A DNA stretch of 64,000 nucleotides from an uncultured Armatimonadetes bacterium (GCA_963716175.1 OY970296.1:2112001-2176000), one strand, 5' to 3'; positions 39,833-50,658 are shown, counted from the first letter of the stretch. Notes: generated from the sequence alone by a model not told the origin. Program-made: numbers and translations.

Positions 39833-41119
39833 ATGCCACGCAAGGTCGTCTTCATCGGAGGCGGGAGCTTCAACTGGGGTCCGGAGATCATCCGTGATTT
39901 CATCGTCACCCCGGAGTTGCAGGATGGCACTCTGGTGCTCCAAGACATAAACCATGAGGCCGCTATGACCAACCTGGCGATCGCCGAGCAGGTCAAGGCG
40001 AAGGCGGGGTCGGGCCTGAAGATCGAGGTGGTGGACGAGCGGCGAGCCGCGCTGGAGGGGGCGGACTACGTGGTGCTGGCGATCTCGACCGGGGGTCTGG
40101 AGGCCTGGCGACTCGACATGGAGATACCGGACAAGTACGGATGCCGCCAGACCATTGCCGACACGGTGGGGCCGGGCGGCTACAGCCGCGCCCTGCGCAA
40201 CATCCCGGTGATCCTTGCCATCGCCCGCGATATGGAGGAGGTGTGCCCTCAGGCCTGGCTGCTGAACGTGACCAACCCGATGACCACGCTGACCCGGGCG
40301 GTGTGGAAGGAGACGAGCATTCGCTGCATCGGGCTGTGCCACGAGGTTTACGGTCTGCTGGATCGGTTGGAGCGGACGTTCGGGGTCAACAGGGATGAGA
40401 TGTCGTTCAACTCGGCCGGCATCAACCACTGTAGCTGGATTCTGGAGCTGAGGATCAAGGGAGAAGACGGCCTGGCGATGCTGCGGGAGCACTGGAGGAA
40501 GAGCCCGCCGAAGGACAAGGTGGCCCCCATGCTGTTTGAGATATTCGGCTATGTGCCAGTGATCAATGGCCGCCATCTGTGTGAGTTCTTCCCACACTTC
40601 CTGACGCCGGAGTCGGGCTACGGGGAGAAGTACGGCTTTCTGGATCAGATGGTAACAGTGAAGGATCGTCTCGCCTCTATGGCGCGGGGGCGCCAACGCT
40701 GGCTGGAGATGCGGGAGGGCAAGCGGCTGCCGGATCTCGAGCGCGGCGGCGAGCCCATCGTGCCCATCATCGTGGCGATGGAGACGCGCCAGCCAGTGAG
40801 CTTCATCGCCAACTGGCCCAATATCGGCCAGATCGCCAATCTGCCGGCCGACGCGGTGGTGGAGACACGAGCGTTAGCAGACGAGCGGGGGGTGACGCTC
40901 ATGACCGCGGGCGCCCTGCCCGAGCCGATTCGCGCGGCCCTGGCGCGGCATGTCTCCAACCAGGAGCTGATCGTGGAGGCTGCGGTCGAAGGCGATCGGA
41001 AGAAGGCGCTGCAGGTCCTCTTCAATGACCCGCTCGTGAAGAGCGCCGAGGGCGCGGAGGCGATGCTGGATGAACTGCTGAAGGCCCACGCGCAGTACCT
41101 GCCGCAGTTCATCGGGTAG
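39833..41119 (+). CDS. Glycoside hydrolase family 4 (alpha-galactosidase/glucosidase)
   Basis: KVVFIGGGS, DTVGPGG, NVTNPM, IGLCHE, GINH. Confidence 0.93.
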   Translation: MPRKVVFIGGGSFNWGPEIIRDFIVTPELQDGTLVLQDINHEAAMTNLAIAEQVKAKAGSGLKIEVVDERRAALEGADYVVLAISTGGLEAWRLDMEIPDKYGCRQTIADTVGPGGYSRALRNIPVILAIARDMEEVCPQAWLLNVTNPMTTLTRAVWKETSIRCIGLCHEVYGLLDRLERTFGVNRDEMSFNSAGINHCSWILELRIKGEDGLAMLREHWRKSPPKDKVAPMLFEIFGYVPVINGRHLCEFFPHFLTPESGYGEKYGFLDQMVTVKDRLASMARGRQRWLEMREGKRLPDLERGGEPIVPIIVAMETRQPVSFIANWPNIGQIANLPADAVVETRALADERGVTLMTAGALPEPIRAALARHVSNQELIVEAAVEGDRKKALQVLFNDPLVKSAEGAEAMLDELLKAHAQYLPQFIG

Positions 41120-41138
41120 CCGGGGAGCCAGGAGCAGC

Positions 41139-42206
41139 GTGATGCCGAGCGAGATGTCGCCCCGAGAGCGGGTGCTCACCGCCATGCGCCGACGGCGGCC
41201 CGACCGCATCCCGAAGACTCTCTCTTTCACCCCGGCCCTGGAGGAGGAGTTTCGGCGCCGGGCCGGCGCGGAGAGCCCGGAGGAGTACTTCCGTCTGGAG
41301 CCCCGAGGGGTCGGCATCGCGGCGACCCGCAATCCCCGTGACTTCTCCGCCTACCTGCGCGATGTCCCGGACCTGGAGAGCAGAGATGAATGGGGGATCG
41401 GCTACATCTCGGCCGGCTTCTACCACTTCTGGAGGATGGCCCCACCACTGGCGAATGCTCGCACCCCCAGCGACATCGCCGCCTATCCCTGGCCCGATGT
41501 GCTTGCCCCCTACCGCTGGCGGCAGGTGCCTGGCGCGGTGCACTCCTGGCAGTACCGGGGCTTCGCGGTGTGCGCGGGGCCGCCCTGCCAGCTCTTTGAG
41601 ACCTCCTGGTATCTTCGGGGGCAGGAGCAGTTGCTGATTGACTTCTTCGATGACCCGGACATCGCCGTCGCCATTCTCGACACCATCAACAACGTCATTA
41701 TCGAATCCGCCCGCCGCCTGGCCAGCATCGGCATTGACGTGCTGATGCTGGGAGATGACGTCGGGTCGCAGCGGGCCATGCTGATGAGCCCAGGCACCTG
41801 GCGCGAATGGATTAGGCCACGCCTCGCGGCCAGCATCTCCGCGGCCAAGCGGATCAAGCCCGATCTGCTGGTCTACTACCACACCGACGGCAATGTGGAG
41901 CCCATCATTCCCGACCTGATCGAGGCCGGCATTGATATCCTGAATCCGGTGCAGCCCGAGTGCATGGATCCCGCTGATATCAAGCGCCGCTACGGCGACC
42001 GGCTCGCTTTCTGGGGCACGATCGGCACTCAGACCACCATGCCGTTCGGCACGCCGGAGGAGGTGCGCCGCGTGGTGAAAGAGAGGATCGAGACCGTGGG
42101 GCCCGAGGGCCTGCTGCTCGCGCCCACGCACGTGCTGGAGCCGGAGGTGCCCTGGGAGAATATCGTGGCCTTCGTCGAGGCGGTAGAGGAGTACGGCCTT
42201 CTGTAG
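41139..42206 (+). CDS. Uroporphyrinogen decarboxylase (URO-D/MtaA) family protein
   Basis: MSPRERV...PDRIP, DEWG, LGDDVG, YHTDG, NPVQPE. Confidence 0.9.
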   Translation: MMPSEMSPRERVLTAMRRRRPDRIPKTLSFTPALEEEFRRRAGAESPEEYFRLEPRGVGIAATRNPRDFSAYLRDVPDLESRDEWGIGYISAGFYHFWRMAPPLANARTPSDIAAYPWPDVLAPYRWRQVPGAVHSWQYRGFAVCAGPPCQLFETSWYLRGQEQLLIDFFDDPDIAVAILDTINNVIIESARRLASIGIDVLMLGDDVGSQRAMLMSPGTWREWIRPRLAASISAAKRIKPDLLVYYHTDGNVEPIIPDLIEAGIDILNPVQPECMDPADIKRRYGDRLAFWGTIGTQTTMPFGTPEEVRRVVKERIETVGPEGLLLAPTHVLEPEVPWENIVAFVEAVEEYGLL

Positions 42207-42347
42207 GGCGGCCATGCGCAGGTCGCCCCAGGCGACCAAGCATCGCCGCCGGCCACTGATGTCGGCACTCAGCGGTGGGGCGCCGCAGTCTACCTGAACC
42301 CAGGTCAAGGGCGGCCTACCCATGTCGGCAAAACAAGGAGAGATCAC

Positions 42348-44591
42348 GTGAGAACCCGCGCTCCCCGCGTCGAGATTCGCAAGATCAACGGCATCCCCCG
42401 GCTCTACGTCAACGGCGAGGCCGTGCCCGCGATCACCTACCGCAACCGCATCCACGATGACTTCGCCTACATGAAGCGGTTCGCGGACTCAGGCCACCGC
42501 ATCTTCTTCATGACCCACCTGCGTCGCTGGGATCAGCCGGAGTCCGAGTACTGGCGAGTAGTGGACGAGAAGGTGCGCACCATCCTGGGCTTCAATGACG
42601 ACATCTACCTCATCCTCGGCATGTACCTCGCGGTGGGGCCCGAGTGGGCGCAGGCGCACCCCGGCGATGTGGCCCATGACCGGAACGGCCCGCTGCCGCC
42701 CAGCAGCGATCGCAACCATGGCGGGATCGTCACCATCCCGTACTCACTCTTCTCCAAGGAGTTCGAGAAGGAGGGAGTGCGCCAGGTGCGAGCCCACACC
42801 CGGTTCGTGCGGCAGCATCCCCTGGGCCATCGCATCATCGGGTTCTTCATCGAGGCGGGCGCGGCGCAGGAGTGGATTCCGTTCAGCCGCGAGGACCAGA
42901 TGGACTATGCGCCCGTGGTGACGACGCGCTTCCGCGAGTGGCTGCACCGCAAGTATCAGACCGACGCCCGACTGCGTGGCGCCTGGCGGCAGGACCGCGT
43001 CACTCTCGACACTGCCACTCCCCCCACCCAGGCGGAGCAGACCAGGCCCACCCGCGGCGACTTCTTCGATCCTTCCCTGGGCCGGCGAGAGATTGACTTC
43101 CAGCAGTGCTACATGGAGAACATCGGCGACCGCATCCGTGCTGTCTGCAGGGCGGCCGAGCAGGGCGGTGAGGGCCGGCTGGTGGGGATCTTCCACGAGC
43201 CCCCCATGGAGGTGGGTTCACACGACCACGAGTGGCAGCGGGTGATGGAGGACCCCAACATTGACTTCTACGCCGGCCCCACTTGCTATGAATCGCGCAA
43301 GGCCGGGATGCCGACACCAGTACATCACCTGGTGGACTCGCTGCGCCTGTTGAACAAGCTCTTCTTCACCGAAGAGGACACTCGCCCTCACACCGTGGGC
43401 AAGATCACCGGCGCGCACTCTCACGCGTACACCCGCCAGGAGTCGCGAGACACCATCTCTCGCACCATCCTGCACTGTTTCGCCAAAGGGGTGCTCGGCT
43501 GGTACTGGGATTTCCAGTACCGCTGGTTCACCGAGCCCTGGTTCTTCCACATGTTCGAGGAGCTTCAGCAGATCGGCGTTGCAGTGCAGCAGGCGCGTCC
43601 CCGCTCCGCCGCCGAAGTCGCGGTGTTCGTGGACGAGGGCTCGATCCCGTACACCCGGGCAGACAACACCCTCCTGGGCAGCCTCGGCCACCGCCTGTTG
43701 ATCCACGAGATCAACCGCATCAGCTGCCCACACGACATCTATCTCTTCGACCACGTGCGCCGGTCCGACCTGCCCGGCTACAAGCTGTATATCTTCCTCA
43801 ACGCGGTGCGGGTCACCGACTCTCAGCGCCGCGCGGTGAAGCGCCTGCGCCGGGATGGGCATGTGCTCTTCTTCCCTCACGCCTCCGGGTTCATCAACGA
43901 CAACGCCCGCGTCTCCGCCTCAGTGGACAACATGGCGGATCTGATCGGGATGGACTTCAAGGAGTTCGCAGTCCGTCAGCCGGCCGCGGTGATCACCTCC
44001 GACCGCAATCATCCGCTCGTGAACGCGCTGCCCGTGGGGCATATCTTCGGGCACTTCCCGCGCTATCTGCGCTCCTCGCGCGGCACCGATGAGAACCCAC
44101 TCTTCCCGCCGGTCATCCCGGTCTCGCCGATCTTCTGCGTGGATGACGCGGAGGCGATCTCGCTGGGGTATTACGCCCTCGATGACCTGCCGGCGCCCAC
44201 TGCCAGCAGCCGCCGCAAGCCCAAGCCGCCCAGCCATGACGACCACCGCTACATCGGATTCGCGGCCAAGCAGGGGAAGGATTGGGCCAGCGTCTATGCC
44301 GGAGTGATCGGGATGACCTCGGAGTTCCTGCGGGGCCTGGCCCGGTACGCCGGCGCCCACATCTACCTCGATACGGATGACACGTTCTACGCCAATGATC
44401 GGCTGCTGGTCTTGCACACCAACTGGCGGCCGGGAGCAACGCGCACCATCCGTCTGCCGCGCCGCAGCAATGTCTACGACTTGCTGGCGGGAGGTAAGCT
44501 GATCGGCAAGGGGGTTCGCGAATTCACTGCGGCTGTGAAGCCGAAGAGGACGTATGCGTTCTTCCTGGGAGATCAGTCGCCCCGGGTGTAG
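42348..44591 (+). CDS. GH42/beta-galactosidase-like protein
   Basis: FREWLHRKY...LRGAW, AQEW, EEDTR, AEVAVFVDE, GAHIY motifs. Confidence 0.72.
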   Translation: MRTRAPRVEIRKINGIPRLYVNGEAVPAITYRNRIHDDFAYMKRFADSGHRIFFMTHLRRWDQPESEYWRVVDEKVRTILGFNDDIYLILGMYLAVGPEWAQAHPGDVAHDRNGPLPPSSDRNHGGIVTIPYSLFSKEFEKEGVRQVRAHTRFVRQHPLGHRIIGFFIEAGAAQEWIPFSREDQMDYAPVVTTRFREWLHRKYQTDARLRGAWRQDRVTLDTATPPTQAEQTRPTRGDFFDPSLGRREIDFQQCYMENIGDRIRAVCRAAEQGGEGRLVGIFHEPPMEVGSHDHEWQRVMEDPNIDFYAGPTCYESRKAGMPTPVHHLVDSLRLLNKLFFTEEDTRPHTVGKITGAHSHAYTRQESRDTISRTILHCFAKGVLGWYWDFQYRWFTEPWFFHMFEELQQIGVAVQQARPRSAAEVAVFVDEGSIPYTRADNTLLGSLGHRLLIHEINRISCPHDIYLFDHVRRSDLPGYKLYIFLNAVRVTDSQRRAVKRLRRDGHVLFFPHASGFINDNARVSASVDNMADLIGMDFKEFAVRQPAAVITSDRNHPLVNALPVGHIFGHFPRYLRSSRGTDENPLFPPVIPVSPIFCVDDAEAISLGYYALDDLPAPTASSRRKPKPPSHDDHRYIGFAAKQGKDWASVYAGVIGMTSEFLRGLARYAGAHIYLDTDDTFYANDRLLVLHTNWRPGATRTIRLPRRSNVYDLLAGGKLIGKGVREFTAAVKPKRTYAFFLGDQSPRV

Positions 44592-44594
44592 GTC

Positions 44595-45359
44595 CTACCC
44601 GAACGCCAGATAGAGCGCCGCAAACGCTCTTTTCACCGCCAGGGCGAGAGGCCCGATGTTCCCATAGTCACGGGCCCCGGTTGCCTTCTCCAGATTCGCG
44701 ACCGCCTGTGTCTCGCTCGCCATCATCTCGCCTAACTGCTTCCGTCTCTCCGTCGAGCGCGGGGCGAAACCAAACTCCTGCACCTTCTGCCAGGCATGGG
44801 TGAGATTGGCGACCTCTGCCGCCAACTCGCCGATGCCGCGCTCGGTCACACCCGCGGTGGCGAGCTGCACCACCGGCTCCATCGCATCGTGAAACCTGGC
44901 CAGCTCGTCCCCGAACCAGGGGACGCCATTGCGCTGACGGATCTCCAACCAGATGTGCCGGACAGGCTCCAGCGCGCCGTGCGCCTGCTGCAGCTTGCCG
45001 GCGCCAAGCTGCAGGTCGGCGATCTCGATGTATCCCGTGATCGTCGCCAGGTCGGCCTGCCATCGGCTGTCCTTGGCGAACTGCTCTGGCGGGGCGTCAT
45101 AGTAACGCGCGAGCAGCATCTCCCAGGCGATGCGCGTCCCGGTCAACTCTCTGGCCGCGCGCTCTTTGTTGCCCTCCGAAGTGGCGAAAAGCGCCTGCTT
45201 GTAGTTGTCATTGAATGCTTCATAGAGGGTGGAGAAGGCGGGGGCGTTGGGGTTGAAGCGGCCGTCGGCCGAAAACGCCGATCGAACAGAGACGACGAAG
45301 CAGAGGGTCAGCGGTAGCGCGAGCGAGACACATACCCGTCTGATGCTGGAGCTAACCAT
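44595..45359 (-). CDS. Exported alpha-helical hypothetical protein
   Basis: Signal peptide. YKQALF.T, AH.ALE.VR, FHDAME motifs. Confidence 0.65.
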   Translation of the reverse strand: MVSSSIRRVCVSLALPLTLCFVVSVRSAFSADGRFNPNAPAFSTLYEAFNDNYKQALFATSEGNKERAARELTGTRIAWEMLLARYYDAPPEQFAKDSRWQADLATITGYIEIADLQLGAGKLQQAHGALEPVRHIWLEIRQRNGVPWFGDELARFHDAMEPVVQLATAGVTERGIGELAAEVANLTHAWQKVQEFGFAPRSTERRKQLGEMMASETQAVANLEKATGARDYGNIGPLALAVKRAFAALYLAFG

Positions 45360-45385
45360 AACAGTCACTTCCCTTCCGGTTTGGC

Positions 45386-46269
45386 GTTTCGGGATTCCCG
45401 GTGTTTCGGGATTTCTAATCCCGAAACCCATGGCTTCTTGTTGTCTCGGGATTTCCAATCCCGAGACCCGTTGCTCACGACACCATGGGAACGACCTCAA
45501 AGATGGTTGGTTCCCCGCAGTAGTAGAACCGGAAGCTCGAATACTCCCACTGATTGGCAGTATCAACCAACCCCCTTCGTATGGGATTGGAGTGGATGTA
45601 GTCCATCATTACCGAGAGCTTCCTGTCGCTCCAAACGGCAAGGGCGCGGACCTGCTCCTTCCACACGGCATAGCGACATCCGCGGTTCGCGTGCCTGGCC
45701 ATTGCCGCAAGGGTTGCGGCATCTCCCTGCGTTCGTAGGAGGTCCACGAGCTTACGCGCCGAGCGGCCGCGCCACAGCTTGTAGTAGCGGTGCAGCAACC
45801 CCTCCTTGGGGAGATAAACGAGCAGATGTAGGTGCTCCGGCATCAGGACGAAGGCGGCGATGGACGCCTCGCACTCGGCAGTAGCTCTCGTGATCTCATC
45901 GCACACAATCGCTCGCACATCACGCCGCCCGAGCAGAGGCAGCCACTCCGCGAACGTGGCCGTGATGTAGTAGTAGCCCGGCCCGATGTCGATGTTCTTC
46001 CATTTCATGCTTCGGTATTGGTCTGCAGGCCATCGGATTCCTGCAGGCCGCGGAGGTAGATCGGGTTTCGGGATTGGAAATCCCGAAACACCGAGAACCG
46101 GGCGGCCGCGTGGCTCCCGCCTATCTCTTCCTCCCGCGCAACGCCACAGGGTGCTGTTCGTAGGGGCGGGGCTCTGCCCCCGCCCGCAGACGGCAGGAGC
46201 CCGCAGACTCGTGCTGCGTGGCGAGGCCACTTCGCCACTTTGGTGTTTCGGGATTTCCAATCCCGAAAC
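45386..46269. mobile_element. RAYT locus: HUH transposase flanked by four REP hairpins
   Basis: GTTTCGGGATT-NNN-AATCCCGAAAC at 45403-45427, 45443-45467 (compensatory variant), 46065-46089 (inverted) and 46245-46269. Confidence 0.85.
45475..46008 (-). CDS. REP-associated tyrosine transposase (RAYT, Y1 HUH)
   Basis: YYYIT, FVLMPEHLHLL (HUH), DYIHSNPIRRGLV...W.YSS. Confidence 0.9.
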   Translation of the reverse strand: MKWKNIDIGPGYYYITATFAEWLPLLGRRDVRAIVCDEITRATAECEASIAAFVLMPEHLHLLVYLPKEGLLHRYYKLWRGRSARKLVDLLRTQGDAATLAAMARHANRGCRYAVWKEQVRALAVWSDRKLSVMMDYIHSNPIRRGLVDTANQWEYSSFRFYYCGEPTIFEVVPMVS

Positions 46270-46277
46270 CAGCCCCC

Positions 46278-47186
46278 CTACCCCTTCATCCCACTCAACG
46301 CGATCCCCCGCGTGAAGTACCTCTGCCCGGCCAGGAAGATGATCAGCACCGGGATGGTGACCACCACGGTGCCGGCCATGAGCAGGTCCCAGCGGGTGGT
46401 GTACTGGGTCTGGAAGACCTGGAGGCCGACCTGGAGGGTTTTCATGGAGTCCTTGCTCATGATCAGCATGGGCCAGAGGAACTCGTTCCAGGCCGCGGTG
46501 AAGGTGAAGATGCCCAGGGTGGCGAGCGCAGGCCCGGAGAGCGGCAGGATGATGCGCCAGTAGATGCCGGCCTCAGAGCAGCCGTCAATGCGGGCCGCGT
46601 CCTCCAGCTCGCGGGGCAGGGTCATGAAGAACTGCCGCAGCAGGAAGATGCCGAAGGCGCCTACGGCTCCAGGAAGGACGAGGCCGGTGTAGCTGTTCAG
46701 CAATCCGTGCCCGCCGATCCCGAGCCAGTCATTGCCGCCCACCAGGGGCCAGCGCTTGAGCAGGATGAAGACGGGAACCATGGTCACCTGGCCCGGCACC
46801 ATCATGGTCCCGAGGGTGAGGATGAAAAGCAGGTTGCGCCCGCGAAAGCGCAGTCGGGCGAAGGCATAGGCCGCCATCGAGCACAGCAGCAGGTTCGAGA
46901 AGGTGATAACCACCGCGTAGATGACAGTGTTGAGGGAGTAACGGCCGAAGTCGGCGGCCTGCATCGCCTCGCGGTAGTTCGCCCATCTCCAGGTGTGCGG
47001 GATCCAGACCGGCGGGAACCGGAAGATCTCCGACTCCGGCTTCAGCGAGGTAGAGAGCATCCACAGGAACGGCAGGATCATGGTGACCGCGCCGGCCGCG
47101 AGGAGGAGATGGAGGAAGGTGGATTTGGCGACGCCAGGTCTCAAGGTAACCTCCGCGCCAGCGGCGGGCATGCCAACTGCAGGCAT
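46278..47186 (-). CDS. Carbohydrate ABC transporter permease
   Basis: ELEDAARIDG EAA loop, WNEFLWP. Confidence 0.95.
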   Translation of the reverse strand: MPAVGMPAAGAEVTLRPGVAKSTFLHLLLAAGAVTMILPFLWMLSTSLKPESEIFRFPPVWIPHTWRWANYREAMQAADFGRYSLNTVIYAVVITFSNLLLCSMAAYAFARLRFRGRNLLFILTLGTMMVPGQVTMVPVFILLKRWPLVGGNDWLGIGGHGLLNSYTGLVLPGAVGAFGIFLLRQFFMTLPRELEDAARIDGCSEAGIYWRIILPLSGPALATLGIFTFTAAWNEFLWPMLIMSKDSMKTLQVGLQVFQTQYTTRWDLLMAGTVVVTIPVLIIFLAGQRYFTRGIALSGMKG

Positions 47187-47289
47187 ACCCGACCTACATC
47201 GCGGTGGCAGGAGCTTGCCCGCCGGCCGTGACGCCTTCTCCGTTCATCTCTGCCATCTGCGTAATCTGTGGATGCCTTTGCAGTTGCCG

Positions 47290-48222
47290 TCATGCGTACT
47301 CGACCTCGCCGCCCCGGAGCAGGCGCAGGTTGATCAGCGACAGCACGAAGATGATGGCGAAGAGCACGAAGGCCATGGCCGAGGCATAGCCCATCTTCAT
47401 GAAGCTGAACGCGTTCTGGAAGATCTGATGGACGATGGTGGTGGTGGCGTTGTTGGGGCCGCCATTGGTCATCACGTACACCTGGGCGAAGACCTGCGAG
47501 GCACCGATCACTGAGACCACGAAGATGAAGGCGGTGGTGGGCTTGAGCAGCGGCCAGGTGATGGCCCGAAAGCGCTGCCAGGGAGTAGCGCCGTCAATCA
47601 GGGCGGCCTCGTAGAGGTGGCCGGGGATGCCTTGCAGGCCTGCCAGATAGATCACCATGTTGTAGCCCAGGCCCCGCCAGATGGACATCACCACGATCGC
47701 CGCCATCGCCTGGTCTGGGTTGGCGAGCCAGGTTTGCGGGAGGATCGTCAGGTGCCGGCCGGTGAGCGCGCTGGCGGCGCGCGAGATCAGCTCCAGGCCG
47801 TAGTTGAGCAGGCCGTAGTTTGGGTCGTAGAGCCACATCCAGACCATGGAGATCGCCACCAAGCTGGTGACCACAGGCAGGTAGTAGCTAGTGCGGTAGA
47901 GGCTGATACCCCTGAGACCGGCATTGACCAGCAGGGCCAGCGCCAGGGCGAGGCCCATCCCCACAGGGATGGTGCCAAGGGCGTACTGGGCGGTGTTCCG
48001 GAGGGAGAGATAGAAGACGCCGCGATCAGCCAGATCCTTGCCGATGCGGGTGTAGTTGGCGGCGCCGATCCACGCCGGGGAATGGATGATGTCGTAACGG
48101 CAGAACGAGAGGTAGCAGGCTGCGATAACGGGGACGAGCACGAAGAGAAAGAACAGCGCCAGCCCGGGGGCCAGGAAGAGGTAGGCGGTGCGCTCCTCGC
48201 GGCGCGCGGCGCTAGCGGCCAC
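47290..48222 (-). CDS. Carbohydrate ABC transporter permease
   Basis: LAGLQGIP..LYEAALIDGA, ITWPLLKP. Confidence 0.95.
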   Translation of the reverse strand: MAASAARREERTAYLFLAPGLALFFLFVLVPVIAACYLSFCRYDIIHSPAWIGAANYTRIGKDLADRGVFYLSLRNTAQYALGTIPVGMGLALALALLVNAGLRGISLYRTSYYLPVVTSLVAISMVWMWLYDPNYGLLNYGLELISRAASALTGRHLTILPQTWLANPDQAMAAIVVMSIWRGLGYNMVIYLAGLQGIPGHLYEAALIDGATPWQRFRAITWPLLKPTTAFIFVVSVIGASQVFAQVYVMTNGGPNNATTTIVHQIFQNAFSFMKMGYASAMAFVLFAIIFVLSLINLRLLRGGEVEYA

Positions 48223-49496
48223 TTTCTCCCACCCTTTCCGCCAACAACTGATCCAGGTCGCGGGAGTAGTCGGCGAGGGCCTGGGCCGGGGTCTTGGTCT
48301 GGTAGATGGCGGCCGAGACTGCGGACTGGAGGCCGGTGCGGATCTCGAACCACTCGGGTATCGCGGGCAGGGAGCGCCCGTACTGATCCATGAGAGCGAC
48401 GAACTCCCGAAGGTGCGGGTTCCGGCGCATGAACTCGGCCGTCTGCACGGCGGAGCGCCGGGGCGGGATGAAGAAGAGGGTGGCGTTGTAGGCGGCCAGA
48501 TTCTCGGGCTCCATGAGGAATGTCATCAGCTCCCAGGCCAGGTCTTTATGCTGGCTCTGCGGGGACATCGCCAGCCAGTCGGTATAGACACTGATCACCC
48601 GCTGCTTTCGCTTGGGCGTCGGCGCCACGCCCACCTGCGGCAGCAGCTCGGGTGCGTACTTGGATACGGTGTAGATGCCGAACTGGTTCATGATCTCCAT
48701 CGCCGCCTTCTGGGAGGCGAAGACCGGGATGGAGCCGCCAATCTGGGGCATGCCGGAGGTGGGGCAGACACGGTACTTATGGTAGAGGTCAACGTAGAAC
48801 TGGAGGGCCTCGATCGCCTCCGGGCTGTTCAAACGGGAGCGCCGGCCGTCCTGGCTGAAGATCTCGCCCCCGTTCTCCCACAGGAACTCCACGAAGATCT
48901 GCCACGAAACAGGGAGATTCATCCCGGCGATCCTGGTGACCGGCCCGTCCCTGACGGTCATGCGCTGCGCGGCCTGGGCCAATTGCTCCCAGGTATCGGG
49001 CGGGCGCTGGACGCCGGCCGCCTTCAGCAGATCCCGGCGGTAGAGCAGCGCCCGCGGAGCGGAGAGATAAGGCAGACCGTAGACGTGGCCCTGGTAGACG
49101 CAAGTGCTCCAGGAGGCCGGGAAGTAGTCATCCTTCGCGGCCCATGACGCCAGGTAGTCGTCAAGTGGCCGCGCCATGCCGCGGTAGGCCAGGCCGCCGA
49201 CATACTCGGCCCCCACCTGGAAGATATCCGGCGCCACTCCTCCGGCGAAGCTGATGGTGAGCTTCTCGTCGAGATGGGTCCAGGAGAATGTACTGGGTGT
49301 TGACCTTCACACCAGGGTGGGAGGCCTCGAACTTAGGCAGCAGTTGCTTATCGAGCAGATCCTTCGTGGCTTGGTTGAAATCCGCAATCCACAGCTCCAG
49401 CTCGATCCCGCGGGACTGGCGGCCACAGTCGGACAAGAGCAGCGCGACCAGGCCTGCGCAGGCGACAGCCAGGAGACGGCGGGCATGCACAGACAT
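48212..49496 (-). CDS. Sugar ABC transporter substrate-binding lipoprotein (frameshift near 49288)
   Basis: Signal/lipobox LSDC, FEASHPGVKV; second frame APDI, YGLP, PPDTWEQL. Confidence 0.88.
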
Positions 49497-49503
49497 GCCC
49501 GCC

Positions 49504-50043
49504 CTACAGCAACGCCCAGTAAGACTTCGCATGGAACAGGCCGACCAGGGCACAAGTGACCAGCGCGTGGTAGTGCTCACGGTTCACCAGAACCTGATGA
49601 AACCGCCAGGAACGGCCCGACCCAGCCGCGCGGGGTGGCCGCGGCAGCAGCATGGGCACCTGGCGCGCATATTCAGCATGGGACTCCCCGAACTCCTCTC
49701 GCAGCCGCCTTTCCTCGCGCATGGTCTGAGCCGCGTAGAGCGCGATGAACGCGAGCAGAATGAGCAGCGAGGCCCACACCCTGCTCACCATGACAGAGAA
49801 GCCGACGGCAGCGATGAAGCTGCCCAGATAGAGAGGATGCCGCACCCAGCGATAGGGCCCATCGGTACAGAGGCCTCCCCCCTTCTCCAGCGCGCCGGCC
49901 GCCCATATCCGCATCGCCATGCCGGCCGCGACCAGGATCGTCCCTCCCAGGTTGGTGGCAGGACTTGGGCGGGCCAAGATCAGCGCCAGGAGGGCGAGCA
50001 GAAAGTGAAGGTGAATGCGCCTCAGTCGCCGCACTAGCCTCAC
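49504..50043 (-). CDS. Isoprenylcysteine carboxyl-/phospholipid methyltransferase (ICMT/PEMT) family
   Basis: LCTDGPYRWVRHPLYLG, EERRL..FG...Y...VP. Confidence 0.88.
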   Translation of the reverse strand: MRLVRRLRRIHLHFLLALLALILARPSPATNLGGTILVAAGMAMRIWAAGALEKGGGLCTDGPYRWVRHPLYLGSFIAAVGFSVMVSRVWASLLILLAFIALYAAQTMREERRLREEFGESHAEYARQVPMLLPRPPRAAGSGRSWRFHQVLVNREHYHALVTCALVGLFHAKSYWALL

Positions 50044-50049
50044 CGCCGG

Positions 50050-50658
50050 CTACCGCCACAACGGCCCAAACGCCGCCATGCGCAGCTTCAACAGCAGCAT
50101 CCCCGCGATCACCGCCCCCGCCACTCGCAGCTCATGATTCCGAAAAACGCAGGCCCACGACCACCGCGCCTGGGAGAAGCGCCGCCGGGGAGGCAGCGGC
50201 AGCCAGCGCCTCACCGCCGCACCATAGGCAGCGTACTCCTCCCCAAACAGGCGGCGCAGCCGCGCTTCTTCTCCCAACACGCGAGCCTGAGCATACACCG
50301 CGAAGACCACCACATACGGCACGATCAGGAACCAGCGCCAGGTGAAGAAGGCCAGACCCAGCCCGACGAGGAATCGGCCCAGATACATGGGGTTGCGGAC
50401 CCAGGCGTAGGGCCCCGACATCGCCACCTCCACGTTCTTGCGCAGATGGGCCGAAGCCCAAAGCTGGACGGCCTCACCCGAAAGCGCGAGCACCACGCCG
50501 GGCCACATGGGCTCGCGATCGGCGAAGAGAACAACGATCACCATCGGAGGCACGGCCAGGACGAAGCGGAGCCGGGTGGCCCAGGTCTGCACACGCACCA
50601 GCGCCGCCGAGGTCAGCCAGGTTGGTCGCTCTGGGCTGCCACTGGAATCGAGAGCCAT
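50050..50658 (-). CDS. ICMT/PEMT family methyltransferase (tandem paralogue)
   Basis: SGPYAWVRNPMYLG, EEARL...FGEEY..Y. Confidence 0.88.
   Translation of the reverse strand: MALDSSGSPERPTWLTSAALVRVQTWATRLRFVLAVPPMVIVVLFADREPMWPGVVLALSGEAVQLWASAHLRKNVEVAMSGPYAWVRNPMYLGRFLVGLGLAFFTWRWFLIVPYVVVFAVYAQARVLGEEARLRRLFGEEYAAYGAAVRRWLPLPPRRRFSQARWSWACVFRNHELRVAGAVIAGMLLLKLRMAAFGPLWR

Noticed and set aside
45386-46269. CRISPR array
   Set aside because: Only four hairpins, irregular spacing, mixed orientation, flanking a RAYT; no cas genes.
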